DNA of 57,656 bases from Candidatus Binataceae bacterium (GTDB lineage: Bacteria > Desulfobacterota > Binatia > Binatales > Binataceae), in contig DASXMQ010000091.1 in the NCBI GenBank assembly GCA_036495625.1, positions 1 to 57,656 of the forward strand, written 5' to 3'. This document shows positions 35,699 through 44,719 of this stretch, piece after piece. Every line of letters starts with the position of its first letter. Positions within the stretch are counted from its first letter, which is position 1. The notes beneath the pieces are model-generated. The model saw only the letters and a program-made list of their open reading frames with translations, did not search any database and was not told the DNA's origin. The translations under genes were made by a program, and so were the position numbers.

Positions 35699-37375
35699 TT
35701 AAACGCCGCCTCCCGCTTTCTTTTGGCCGGCCTCGCGCGCGAGTCTGGCCACGATATCCGCGCGCAAATCCTTCTTGGAAACCTTGCCGACCGCGGTCAT
35801 CGGAAACCGCTCTACGATTTCGAGCCGTTCGGGAATCTTGAAGCGCGCGATGCGCCGCGCCTCGAGATGGCGCGCCAGCTCCGCGAAAGTCAGGCTCTGT
35901 CCCGCGCGCAGCACCACGTATGCGCATGCGCGCTCGCCCATCACCTCGTCGGGCATCGCTACGATCGCCGCATTGGCGACGGCCGGATGCGACAGCACGA
36001 GGTCTTCCATTTCCTCGGCGCTGATTTTCTCGCCCCCGCGGTTGATCACGTCCTTGCGCCGTCCTTCGACGACCAGGTTGCCGCTCGGATGCATCATTAC
36101 GAGGTCGCCCGTGCGGTAGAAGCCGTCAGGAGTGAAAGCGCTCCGATTGTGCTCATCGGCGCGATAGTAGCCGCGCGGCGTATAGGGCCCGCGGCACAGC
36201 AGTTCGCCGACTTCGCCGGGCGCGACCTCGCGGCCGTCGTCGCCGACGATGCGCAGCTCGTCGTGCGCGCAAATCGGGCGGCCCTGGGTGTTGACGATCA
36301 CATCTTTCGGATCGCCGCGCCGGGTCGAACAGCACAGCCCCTCGGCCATCCCGTAAACCTGCGTCACGACCGGGCCGATTTCGCTGAGGATGCGCCGCGC
36401 GGGCTCGGGATTGAGCCGTTGGCCGCCGACCGCCATCGATCGCAGCGAGGAGAAATCCGTCCGCCGAAAGCGCGGATCGTTGAGCCAGCTCACGGCCATC
36501 GCGGGCACCGCGCAGATCCAGGTCACGCGCTCGCGTTCGATCAGCGGGAAGACGGTCTCGGCTTCAGGCGACGGTGCAAGCACGATTTTGGCGCCCATCA
36601 GGATTCCCGATTGCACCGCGGCGAGCAGCGGAAAGTTATGCATCATCGGGATCGCGATCAGTGCGGCGCCGTCGCGATCGAAGCCCGAACATTCGGCCAG
36701 CCTGAGCGAGTTGTAGAGATAGTCGTCGTGCGTGCGTGGGATCACCTTCGGCAACCCCGTACTGCCGCCGGAAAGCTGGAACACCGCGATTTCTTCGGCG
36801 CGTGGGCGAAGCCGCGCGAGCGCCGACGGCGCGATCCGTCCTTCGATCGGATCGTCGAGCAGGTCGCCGAGCAGCGTCATCCCGGCGCCCGCGCGCGCAC
36901 CGCTCACGAAAACCTCGCGCATCGCCGGCAGGGAGGGACGCAACTCGGTCGCCATCGCGACGTAGTCGAAGCGCCGGTACTCGGCTGGGATGAGCCAGGC
37001 GCAGGCCTCGGTGAAGCGCGCGAGATGGCCGATCTCGGTGTCGCGATGGGCCGGCAGAGTCGCGACCGGAATCGCGCCGGTCTTGAGACAGGCGAAATAT
37101 GCGGCCACGCATTCGAAACTGTTAGGCAACTGAAATATCACGCGCCGGCTCGAGGCGACGCCGCGCTCAGCGAAATGAAGCGCCAGCCGCTCGACCGCCG
37201 CGCCCAGGTCGCGGTAGGTGACGCGCCGTTCGCCGTCCACGACCGCAAGGCGCGCCGCGTTCTCGGCAACCGAGCGGTCGAAACGCTCGCCAATCGGCTC
37301 GCCGCGCCAGTATCCGAGTTTCCGGTAAAGCTCCGCGGCCGGCTCCGGCCACGGCACCACGCCATCAACCATCAA
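35699..37375 (-). CDS. aryl-acid adenylating enzyme, (2,3-dihydroxybenzoate)-AMP ligase EntE/DhbE family
   Basis: The N-terminal VPWPEPAAELYRKLGYWRGEPIG block is typical of EntE/DhbE. Also FQLSGGSTGLPKVIPRTH, YGMAEG, YRTGD and GRRKDVINRGGEKIS. Collinear with E. coli EntE over the whole length, by eye. Confidence 0.88.
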   Translation of the reverse strand: MMVDGVVPWPEPAAELYRKLGYWRGEPIGERFDRSVAENAARLAVVDGERRVTYRDLGAAVERLALHFAERGVASSRRVIFQLPNSFECVAAYFACLKTGAIPVATLPAHRDTEIGHLARFTEACAWLIPAEYRRFDYVAMATELRPSLPAMREVFVSGARAGAGMTLLGDLLDDPIEGRIAPSALARLRPRAEEIAVFQLSGGSTGLPKVIPRTHDDYLYNSLRLAECSGFDRDGAALIAIPMMHNFPLLAAVQSGILMGAKIVLAPSPEAETVFPLIERERVTWICAVPAMAVSWLNDPRFRRTDFSSLRSMAVGGQRLNPEPARRILSEIGPVVTQVYGMAEGLCCSTRRGDPKDVIVNTQGRPICAHDELRIVGDDGREVAPGEVGELLCRGPYTPRGYYRADEHNRSAFTPDGFYRTGDLVMMHPSGNLVVEGRRKDVINRGGEKISAEEMEDLVLSHPAVANAAIVAMPDEVMGERACAYVVLRAGQSLTFAELARHLEARRIARFKIPERLEIVERFPMTAVGKVSKKDLRADIVARLAREAGQKKAGGGV

Positions 37376-37586
37376 GAGTCCTGCCGCCTTTCACGGGGAG
37401 CCGCAGGCGCGGCAATCTCCCGGCCCATCTTGAACTTAAAGCATCGCTTTCAGATAGAGGTTCCGGCTGCCGTCGCGCTCACTCACGCATACTTTCTAGC
37501 TCACCGGCGAGTCCACGCGAAAGCGCTGGGCGAATGCGCCTCGACGCGCTCCGCGGACACCGCTGCGAGCGCGGGCGCGCGGCCTA

Positions 37587-38564
37587 CTACCAGCGCAACA
37601 GGTTGGCGCCCCAGGTCAGCCCGCCGCCGCACGCGTTGAGCATCACCAGGTCGTTGTCGTGGATGCGGTTGGCTTCGAGCGCCTCGTCGAGCGCGATTGG
37701 CACCGACGCCGCCGAGGTGTTGCCGTAGCGGTCGATATTGGTGAAGACCTTTTCATGCGGGACGCCCATGCGCTCGGCCACCGCGTTGAGGATGCGGATG
37801 TTGGCCTGATGAGGGACGATCAGCGAGACGTCGGCGAGGCTGATGCCGGCCCGCTCGGCCACTTTCTGCGTAACGTCAGCCATCGAGCGCACCGCGAGCT
37901 TGAACAGCTCTGGCCCTTTCATCTTGATCGCATCGTCAGGCGAGCGCCGCGCCTCGGAGTCGAGCGTCGCGCGCACTCCCGTCGATCGCACCGAGAGCAG
38001 GTGCCAGTATTCGCCCGAGGAGCGCAGCAGGCTCGCCAGGACGCCGCGCGGCCCCGGCTCGGAAACCATCACCGCCGCCCCAGCGCCGTCGCCGAACAAC
38101 ACGGAAACCGCGCGATCGTTCCAGTCCACCATCGTCGAGAGCGCGTCGGTGCCGACCAGCAAGACGCGCGAGTAATCGCCCGCGCGCATCGCGTTGTCGG
38201 CCACGCTCAGCGCATAAACGAAGCCCGAGCACGCCGCGGCGACGTCGTAGGCCGGAATCGTATCGAGCCCCAGGCGATGCTGGAGCTGGCAGGCGAACGA
38301 GGGAAAGCCGTATTCGGAGGAAACCGTGCCGACGATGATCGCGTCGAGCTCAGCGGGCCGGATGCCGGCGCGCTGGATAGCGGTGGTGCTCGCGGCGGCG
38401 GCGATATCGACCAGCGACTCGCCGCTGGACATCACGTAGCGCCGGGCGATCCCGGTGCGGGTGCGCACCCATTCGTCGGAGGTATCGACGATCCGCGCAA
38501 GATCATGATTGCTGACCGCGGTGCGGGGCAGCGCGCGCCCGGTCGCGACGATTCGCGATCCCAT
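37587..38564 (-). CDS. fabH: 3-oxoacyl-ACP synthase III
   Basis: AAACSGF active-site Cys, PHQANIRI and GNTSAASVP (Cys-His-Asn triad). Confidence 0.9.
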   Translation of the reverse strand: MGSRIVATGRALPRTAVSNHDLARIVDTSDEWVRTRTGIARRYVMSSGESLVDIAAAASTTAIQRAGIRPAELDAIIVGTVSSEYGFPSFACQLQHRLGLDTIPAYDVAAACSGFVYALSVADNAMRAGDYSRVLLVGTDALSTMVDWNDRAVSVLFGDGAGAAVMVSEPGPRGVLASLLRSSGEYWHLLSVRSTGVRATLDSEARRSPDDAIKMKGPELFKLAVRSMADVTQKVAERAGISLADVSLIVPHQANIRILNAVAERMGVPHEKVFTNIDRYGNTSAASVPIALDEALEANRIHDNDLVMLNACGGGLTWGANLLRW

Positions 38565-38568
38565 CGTG

Positions 38569-39834
38569 TTACTTCCCGCTAAGCTCGACCGCCGGTCTGA
38601 AGGCCAGCGTAGTGTTGGTGCCGCCGAAGCCGAAGGAATTGTTCAGCGCGATGCGAATCCTGGCGGGCCGCGGCAGATTGGGCACGTAGTCGAGATCGCA
38701 TTCGGGGTCGGGATGCTCGTAGTTGATCGTCGGCGGCACCATCCCGCGCTCAATCGCCAGCACCGTGTAAACCGACTCGATCGCGCCGGCCGCGCCGAGC
38801 GTATGGCCGGTCATCGACTTAGTCGAGCTCACCGCGATCTTGGCCGCGCGCTCGCCGAAGACGCGCTTGATCGCCTGGGTCTCGGCGCTGTCGCCCTGCG
38901 GCGTGGAGGTGCCGTGCGCGTTGATGTAATCGACCTGGTTGAGGTCAAGCTCGCCGTCCTGCAGACAGAGCATCATGCAGCGCGCCGCTCCCTGCCCCTC
39001 GGGCGACGGCGAGGTCATGTGATAGGCGTCGCCGTTGGCGGCGTAGCCGGCGATCTCCGCCAGGATATTGGCGCCGCGCGCGAGCGCGGCCTCGCGCTCC
39101 TCGAGGATCAGCGCCGCCGCGCCCTCAGACATCACGAAGCCATCGCGTTCGGCGTCGAAGGGGCGGCTGGCGGCCTCGGGCGCGTCGTTGCGCGTGGACA
39201 GCGCGCGCATCGCGATGAAGCCGCCGATCCCGAGCGAAGTCAGCGCCGCTTCTGCCCCGCCGGTGATCGCGGCATCAATGTAGCCGTCGCGGATCATCCG
39301 GTAGGCCTCTCCCACCGCATGGCTGCCCGAGGCGCAGGCGCTGGTGGTGGCCAGGTTGATGCCGCGCGCGCCGTAGCGGATCGCGATCTGCCCGGGCGCA
39401 AGGTTGCTGATCAGCTTGGGGATGAAAAACGGCGTGATGCGTTTTAGGCGGGTGTCGAGAAACAGCAGATGGTTCTCTTCGATCGTCAGCAGCCCGCCGA
39501 TGCCCACTCCCACCAGCACGCCGACACGGTCGGCGTTGCTCTCGTCGATCTTGAGCGCCGACTGTTGCATCGCCTGCTCCGCCGCGCCCACCGCGTACTG
39601 GATGAAGAGGTCCATCTTCTTGACGTCCTTCTTCTCGATCCAGTCGTAGGGATCGAAGTCGCGCACTTCGCCCGCGATGCGCGCGGCGAAGTCGGAAACG
39701 TCGAAGCGGGTTATCGGACCGATGCCCGAGCGGCCGGCCATCAACGCTTCCCAGTTCTTTTCGATTCCCGTGCCCAGCGGCGTGACCAGGCCCAGGCCGG
39801 TTACCACCACGCGGCGATCACCGATGCGTCTCAT
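38569..39834 (-). CDS. fabF: 3-oxoacyl-ACP synthase II
   Basis: [17 protein letters not shown] and [12 protein letters not shown] (Cys-His-His triad). Separated from fabH by 4 nt. Confidence 0.92.
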   Translation of the reverse strand: MRRIGDRRVVVTGLGLVTPLGTGIEKNWEALMAGRSGIGPITRFDVSDFAARIAGEVRDFDPYDWIEKKDVKKMDLFIQYAVGAAEQAMQQSALKIDESNADRVGVLVGVGIGGLLTIEENHLLFLDTRLKRITPFFIPKLISNLAPGQIAIRYGARGINLATTSACASGSHAVGEAYRMIRDGYIDAAITGGAEAALTSLGIGGFIAMRALSTRNDAPEAASRPFDAERDGFVMSEGAAALILEEREAALARGANILAEIAGYAANGDAYHMTSPSPEGQGAARCMMLCLQDGELDLNQVDYINAHGTSTPQGDSAETQAIKRVFGERAAKIAVSSTKSMTGHTLGAAGAIESVYTVLAIERGMVPPTINYEHPDPECDLDYVPNLPRPARIRIALNNSFGFGGTNTTLAFRPAVELSGK

Positions 39835-39950
39835 CTAAGCGCGATGCTCCTAACTAGGTCGTTGTAACGTTCCATCTTGTATCAAAAGCGGCGTCAGTTC
39901 CATATCAGCTGCGCGCGGCCCCATCGACAGTTCTATCGACAATCAATAGA

Positions 39951-40004
39951 CAGGCTGCGCGAGACAGGCTGCGCGAGACAGGCTGCGCGAGAGAGGTTGC
40001 GCGG
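39951..40004. repeat. 14-bp tandem repeat CAGGCTGCGCGAGA, three exact copies plus one degenerate
   Basis: Exact copies at 39951-39964, 39965-39978 and 39979-39992, then GAGGTTGCGCGG. Preceded by two ATCGACA motifs. Lies in the divergent region between fabF and the 40100 ORF. Confidence 0.85.
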
Positions 40005-40099
40005 CCGGTCCACGGAACTCATTGCGCCGGTTTCGCGCTCAGCCGCGGTAGCGGCATTCGCTTTCCTTGCAACATGGGCGTGATGAGGTGAAAAATTGA

Positions 40100-40474
40100 A
40101 TGGTGACATACTCTGACGAAACATCGCTCAACGCCTTCATCCGACTCGCGGACAATCTGGGCGAACTCGAGGTCACTATCGGAGAGCGAGCGCGGCCGGC
40201 CATCGCGGAACTCCGCAAGCGGCTGCGCGCCGCCGTGGCCAGCCGCGAACGCGGCGACCTGGCGGATTCGCTGGAACAGCTGCGGAGCGCGATGGAGCGT
40301 CTGGCCGCGATCGCCGGCGAGCTCGATCCCGCCGAGGGTGCGTTGATGCGGATGGTCGCGCAGAAGTTCACGGAGGCGCTCAAGCTGGGCGACAAGGGCG
40401 CCGCGAAGGAAGCCGTCACGCTGATGCGGCACAAGTCGGGCGACCCCGGCGACGAGGGCGGTTCCAAGTGGTAG
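40100..40474 (+). CDS. hypothetical helical protein (124 aa)
   Basis: GAGGTG SD 9 nt upstream, high GC3, and a plausible helical sequence. Preferred over the antisense 181-aa ORF. Confidence 0.6.
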   Translation: MVTYSDETSLNAFIRLADNLGELEVTIGERARPAIAELRKRLRAAVASRERGDLADSLEQLRSAMERLAAIAGELDPAEGALMRMVAQKFTEALKLGDKGAAKEAVTLMRHKSGDPGDEGGSKW

Positions 40475-40575
40475 TTCGCCGCGCGAGGAATGCCCCCGCG
40501 CGGAGTTCAAGTTAAAGTTTAAGATGAAACCGCGGCGGCCCGCAGCGGCCGTCCCGGACAACAATCGGAGTCATC

Positions 40576-42606
40576 GTGGCGAGCGCGACACAAATCAAGA
40601 CCCCGGAGACGAATCTCGATCAACTGTGCATCAACTCAATCCGGGTCCTCGCGATCGACGCGGTGCAGAAGGCCAACTCGGGCCATCCCGGGATGCCGAT
40701 GGGGATGGCGCCGATCGCCTATCTCTTGTGGACGCGCTTCATGCGCTACAACCCGGCCAATCCGAAATGGTTCGGCCGCGACCGCTTCGTGCTCTCCAAC
40801 GGGCACGGATCGATGCTGCTCTACGCGATGCTCCATCTGACCGGCTATGACCTGCCGCTCGAGCAGATCAAGCGGTTTCGCCAGCTCGAGAGCATTACCC
40901 CCGGCCATCCCGAGTACGGCCTGACGCCGGGCGTCGAAACCACGACCGGGCCGCTCGGCCAGGGGGTGGGCAACGCCGTCGGGATGGCGATCGCGGCCGC
41001 CCATCTGCGCGCGCGTTTCGAACGTGACCGCTCGGGACTGTTCGACCATCGTATCTTCGCTTTCTGCGGCGACGGCGACCTGATGGAAGGCGTCTCCAGC
41101 GAAGCGTCGTCGATCGCTGGACATCTGGGCCTCGGCAACCTGCTCCTCATCTACGACGACAACCACATCACGATCGACGGCGGCACGGACCTGTCGTTCG
41201 ACGAGAACGTGACCGAACGCTTCAACGCCTACGGATGGCATACGCAGGGGGTGGACGACGCGAACGACCTGGCTGCGGTTGCGCGCGCGATTGAAAACGC
41301 GATCGCCGAGGAGAACCGCCCGTCGCTCATCCGCGTGCGCTCGCATATCGGCTACGGCAGCCCCAACCGGCAGGACACCTCGAAGGCGCATGGGCAGGCG
41401 CTCGGCGCGGAAGAGGTCAAACTCACCAAGCGCTTCTACGGATGGCCCGAGGAGCCGCCATTCTACGTTCCCGACGAGGCGCTGAAGCATTTTCGCGATT
41501 GCGGCGCACGCGGCCGCGAGCTCGAGGCGGATTGGAACGGCCGCCTCGATCGCTACGCCAGGGCGCATGCGAGCGAGGCCGCGGAATTCAAGTCGATGCT
41601 CGCCGGCGAGCTGCCCAAGGGATGGGACGCCGAGCTGTCGCAGTTCACGCCCAAGGACACGCTGGCCACGCGCGAGTCGGGCTCGCGTGCCGAGCAGGCG
41701 ATCGCGAAGAAGGTCTGGAACCTGTTCGGTGGGGCGGCCGACCTCAACGAATCGACCTTCGTCGACATCGTCGATGGCGGCGACTTCGAGCGGCACGACT
41801 ATAACGGCCGCAACCTGCACTTCGGCATCCGCGAGCACGGGATGGCCGCGATCCTGAACGGGATCGCGCTGCACGGCGGCTTCATCCCCTATGGTTCGAG
41901 CTTTCTCATCTTCACCGACTATTGCCGGCCCTCGCTCAGGCTCGCCGCGCTGATGGGCATCCACGTGATTTACGTCTTCACCCACGATTCGATCGGGCTT
42001 GGCGAAGACGGCCCGACGCATCAGTCAGTCGAACAGCTCGCGGGATTGCGCGCGATTCCGAATTTCACCGTGATTCGCCCGTGCGACGCCAACGAGGCGG
42101 CCGAGGCCTGGCGCGCCGCCATGACGCATCGGAGCGGTCCGGTGCTGCTCGCGCTCACCCGGCAGAAGCTGCCGACGCTCGACCGCACGGCGATGGCGCC
42201 GGCGCGCGAATTGATGCGCGGCGCCTATGTGCTTTACGAAACCAGGGGCCGCACGGCGGAGCTAATCCTGATCGCCAGCGGCTCGGAAGTGCACCTCGCG
42301 CTCGGCGCGAAAGACGAACTCGAAAAGCGCGGCCATGCGGCGCGCGTCGTCAGCATGCCGTGCATGGAAGTGTTCGCGAAGCAGGACGCGGCCTACCGCG
42401 ATTCGGTCCTCCCGCCCGCGATTCGCCGGCGGCTCGCGATCGAAGCGGCGGCGACGATGCCGTGGTACCGATGGGTCGGCCTTGACGGCGACGTGCTCGG
42501 GATGACGACCTTCGGCGCGTCGGCTCCGTACCAGGACGTGTTCAAGCACTTCGGCTTCACGGTGGAGAACGCGGTCGAGCGCGCGCTCAAATTGCTCGCG
42601 CGATAA
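40576..42606 (+). CDS. tkt: transketolase
   Basis: NSGHPGMPMGMAP and GDGDLMEG ThDP motifs, 676 aa. Confidence 0.95.
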   Translation: MASATQIKTPETNLDQLCINSIRVLAIDAVQKANSGHPGMPMGMAPIAYLLWTRFMRYNPANPKWFGRDRFVLSNGHGSMLLYAMLHLTGYDLPLEQIKRFRQLESITPGHPEYGLTPGVETTTGPLGQGVGNAVGMAIAAAHLRARFERDRSGLFDHRIFAFCGDGDLMEGVSSEASSIAGHLGLGNLLLIYDDNHITIDGGTDLSFDENVTERFNAYGWHTQGVDDANDLAAVARAIENAIAEENRPSLIRVRSHIGYGSPNRQDTSKAHGQALGAEEVKLTKRFYGWPEEPPFYVPDEALKHFRDCGARGRELEADWNGRLDRYARAHASEAAEFKSMLAGELPKGWDAELSQFTPKDTLATRESGSRAEQAIAKKVWNLFGGAADLNESTFVDIVDGGDFERHDYNGRNLHFGIREHGMAAILNGIALHGGFIPYGSSFLIFTDYCRPSLRLAALMGIHVIYVFTHDSIGLGEDGPTHQSVEQLAGLRAIPNFTVIRPCDANEAAEAWRAAMTHRSGPVLLALTRQKLPTLDRTAMAPARELMRGAYVLYETRGRTAELILIASGSEVHLALGAKDELEKRGHAARVVSMPCMEVFAKQDAAYRDSVLPPAIRRRLAIEAAATMPWYRWVGLDGDVLGMTTFGASAPYQDVFKHFGFTVENAVERALKLLAR

Positions 42607-42711
42607 ACTGGCCGATCGCGGCGCTCCGCGCGGCAGCGGCGAATTTCCGCGCTGGCGCGCCCGGCGCGCTTTCGGCTAATTTTCCCACAAACACCATCCG
42701 AGCGAATTGTC

Positions 42712-43458
42712 ATGGCCAAACCGAAACTCATCATCCTGGACGACGCGCAGTCGCTGCACGTGCACGCGGCGGAGGAGATCGCACATTTCGCCAGCGAGGC
42801 GATCTGCATCCACGCCCAGTTCACCCTCTGTCTCTCCGGCGGATCGACGCCCGCGGCGACTTACGCGCTGCTCGCCGAACGCTTCCGCCTGAGCGTCGAT
42901 TGGAAGGAGGTGCAGTTCTTCTGGGGCGACGAACGATGCGTCCCGCCGGACGATCCGGCGAGCAATTTCGCGATGGCGAACCGCACGATGCTCAGCCGGC
43001 TGGATCTGCGTCCCGAGCAGATTCATCGCATCCGCGCGGAAGACCCGCCCGAGCAGGCGGCGCACGCCTATGAGGAAGAGCTGCGGGCCTCCTTCGGCAT
43101 CGGCGCGGGCGAATTTCCCCGGTTCGACCTGGTGCTCGTCGGTCTCGGCGAGAATGTCCACGTCGAATCGCTCTTTCCGGGACATCCCGCGCTCCACGAA
43201 CACGAACGGATCGTGGTCGCGGTCGAGGTTGACGGCGTCCCGCAGCGCCATCGCGTAACGATCACGCCGCCCGTGCTCAACAACTCGGCGCGCGTGATGT
43301 TCCTGGTCGAGGGCGAGGGCAAGGCCGAGGCGGTCAGGAGCGCTCTCGAGGGGCCGCGCGACCCCGACCGCTTTCCCGCGCAGATTATCGACCCGCCCCA
43401 CGGCGAGGTCGTCTGGCTGCTCGATCGCGCGGCCGCCTCGCTGCTCTCGCATACCTGA
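42712..43458 (+). CDS. pgl: 6-phosphogluconolactonase
   Basis: LSGGSTP, FWGDERCVP and the family length. Follows tkt. Confidence 0.85.
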   Translation: MAKPKLIILDDAQSLHVHAAEEIAHFASEAICIHAQFTLCLSGGSTPAATYALLAERFRLSVDWKEVQFFWGDERCVPPDDPASNFAMANRTMLSRLDLRPEQIHRIRAEDPPEQAAHAYEEELRASFGIGAGEFPRFDLVLVGLGENVHVESLFPGHPALHEHERIVVAVEVDGVPQRHRVTITPPVLNNSARVMFLVEGEGKAEAVRSALEGPRDPDRFPAQIIDPPHGEVVWLLDRAAASLLSHT

Positions 43459-43567
43459 GGGCGGCCGGAGGCACGCTCCGGAAGTCCGCGGCGCCGCGCG
43501 GCGACCACCCCGCGCGTAAGCGCCGTGCGCCTCGACAGTGCGCGACCGCTAACGCACAATATCAACC

Positions 43568-44167
43568 ATGGGTTTCATCTCGCGCCACACGATCGGAGTC
43601 CTGATCGTAATCGCCATCGTCCTGTGGGCCGTGTTCTACGTTCCGGCCACGCCGTCTTACGCCATCTATCAGCTCAAGCAGGCGATCGACCAGCGCGATG
43701 GCGCCACCGCCGCGACCTTCGTCGACTTTCCGAGCGTGGTCAAAAACGCCGGCTACGAGATGCTGCAGCAGAACACGAAGGGCAACGACGTCATCGCGGC
43801 GCTGGTCGGCAAGGGCGCGGTGGATATGCTGAGCGCGCCACTGGCCGCTGCGACTCAGCAGTGGGCGACGCAACAGGTCAATAGCGGCGCCAAGCAGCTA
43901 CAGATGCCGGGTGTGGCCGTACTCGGATCGATCGTGATGCTGCATCGTTCGGGCGATACGGCGTGGACCGACTTCCGCGATAATAAAGGCGTGCAATGGG
44001 ACATCCGCATGGCGCGCGAGAACGGCAGATGGCGAATCACCGAGGTCAAGAACGTCCAGCAACTGCTGCAGCACTTCGAGCAGCAAAGGATGCGTGGCGC
44101 CACGCCACCACCTGACAACGCTCCCGATAACGCAGTTCCCGGCAGCGGCCCTTCAGAATCACCTTAA
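43568..44167 (+). CDS. membrane-anchored DUF2939-like protein
   Basis: N-terminal TM followed by SYAIYQLKQAIDQRDGATAATFVDFPSV, which resembles the DUF2939 opening block (weak). Confidence 0.5.
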   Translation: MGFISRHTIGVLIVIAIVLWAVFYVPATPSYAIYQLKQAIDQRDGATAATFVDFPSVVKNAGYEMLQQNTKGNDVIAALVGKGAVDMLSAPLAAATQQWATQQVNSGAKQLQMPGVAVLGSIVMLHRSGDTAWTDFRDNKGVQWDIRMARENGRWRITEVKNVQQLLQHFEQQRMRGATPPPDNAPDNAVPGSGPSESP

Positions 44168-44248
44168 TTTCCAGCCCCCCAAAGACCTGGCGCCGCTGCT
44201 CCGGGGGTGCGCCCGGCCGCGGCCGACGGTGGCGATCTGGCCGCGATG

Positions 44249-44487
44249 CGCCACGGTCAATTTGAGCGGGCGGTCGTAAAGGAAAGCTTTGTTGATGCCA
44301 GCCCTGCGGTGAAGCTCGACCCGCAGATAGAACTGCCGACGAACTATGGCGACATCCAACCAGCAACGATCATTGCACCAGCGTGATGCTCGACCCGGCG
44401 CAAACCTGCACGGTCGGCGTTGCGTTCAGTCCGACCGGATCGGCGGGCGCGGTCAAGGGCGACCTGACCGTGACCACAGACGCCTAA
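44249..44487 (+). pseudogene. probable relic of a surface-protein Ig-like/choice-of-anchor-D-type domain (two short frames)
   Basis: Frame a reads ...VKLDPQIELPTNYGDIQPATIIAPA*. Frame b (44383-44487) reads VMLDPAQTCTVGVAFSPTGSAGAVKGDLTVTTDA*, which resembles the C-terminal strand pattern of such domains. No intact gene is present. Confidence 0.3.
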
Positions 44488-44671
44488 GCCCAGCAGGTCC
44501 CGCTCGCCGGCGACGCGACGCCGTGAGCCGAGGCGGACCATTGACGATGCGCCGCGCCCGCAATAGTTTCACGGGCGCGGTGGCGCAATCGATAATGGGC
44601 CGTTAACAATCCCGGCGACCGCCCAAGCCACGGCGCGTTTACAGCGTGAGCGGCAGCAGGTACACTGGGGG

Positions 44672-44700
44672 GCGGCGTGGCCCCTTCGGCCGCGCCGTTT
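44672..44700 (+). terminator. 11-bp GC hairpin followed by TTT, 20 nt upstream of typA (terminator or leader structure)
   Basis: GCGGCGTGGCC-ccttc-GGCCGCGCCGT followed by ttt. Confidence 0.35.
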
Positions 44701-44719
44701 AATATCAGCCTCCTAATAA

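Noticed and set aside
35003-37639. 878-aa plus-strand ORF
   Set aside because: It is antisense to the EntE-like ligase and its neighbours, with extreme Arg/Ala/Pro composition and no recognisable motifs.
40019-40564. 181-aa minus-strand ORF overlapping the 124-aa plus ORF
   Set aside because: The plus frame has a GAGGTG SD, high GC3 and a plausible helical sequence. The minus frame is Arg/Gly/Leu-rich with no SD.
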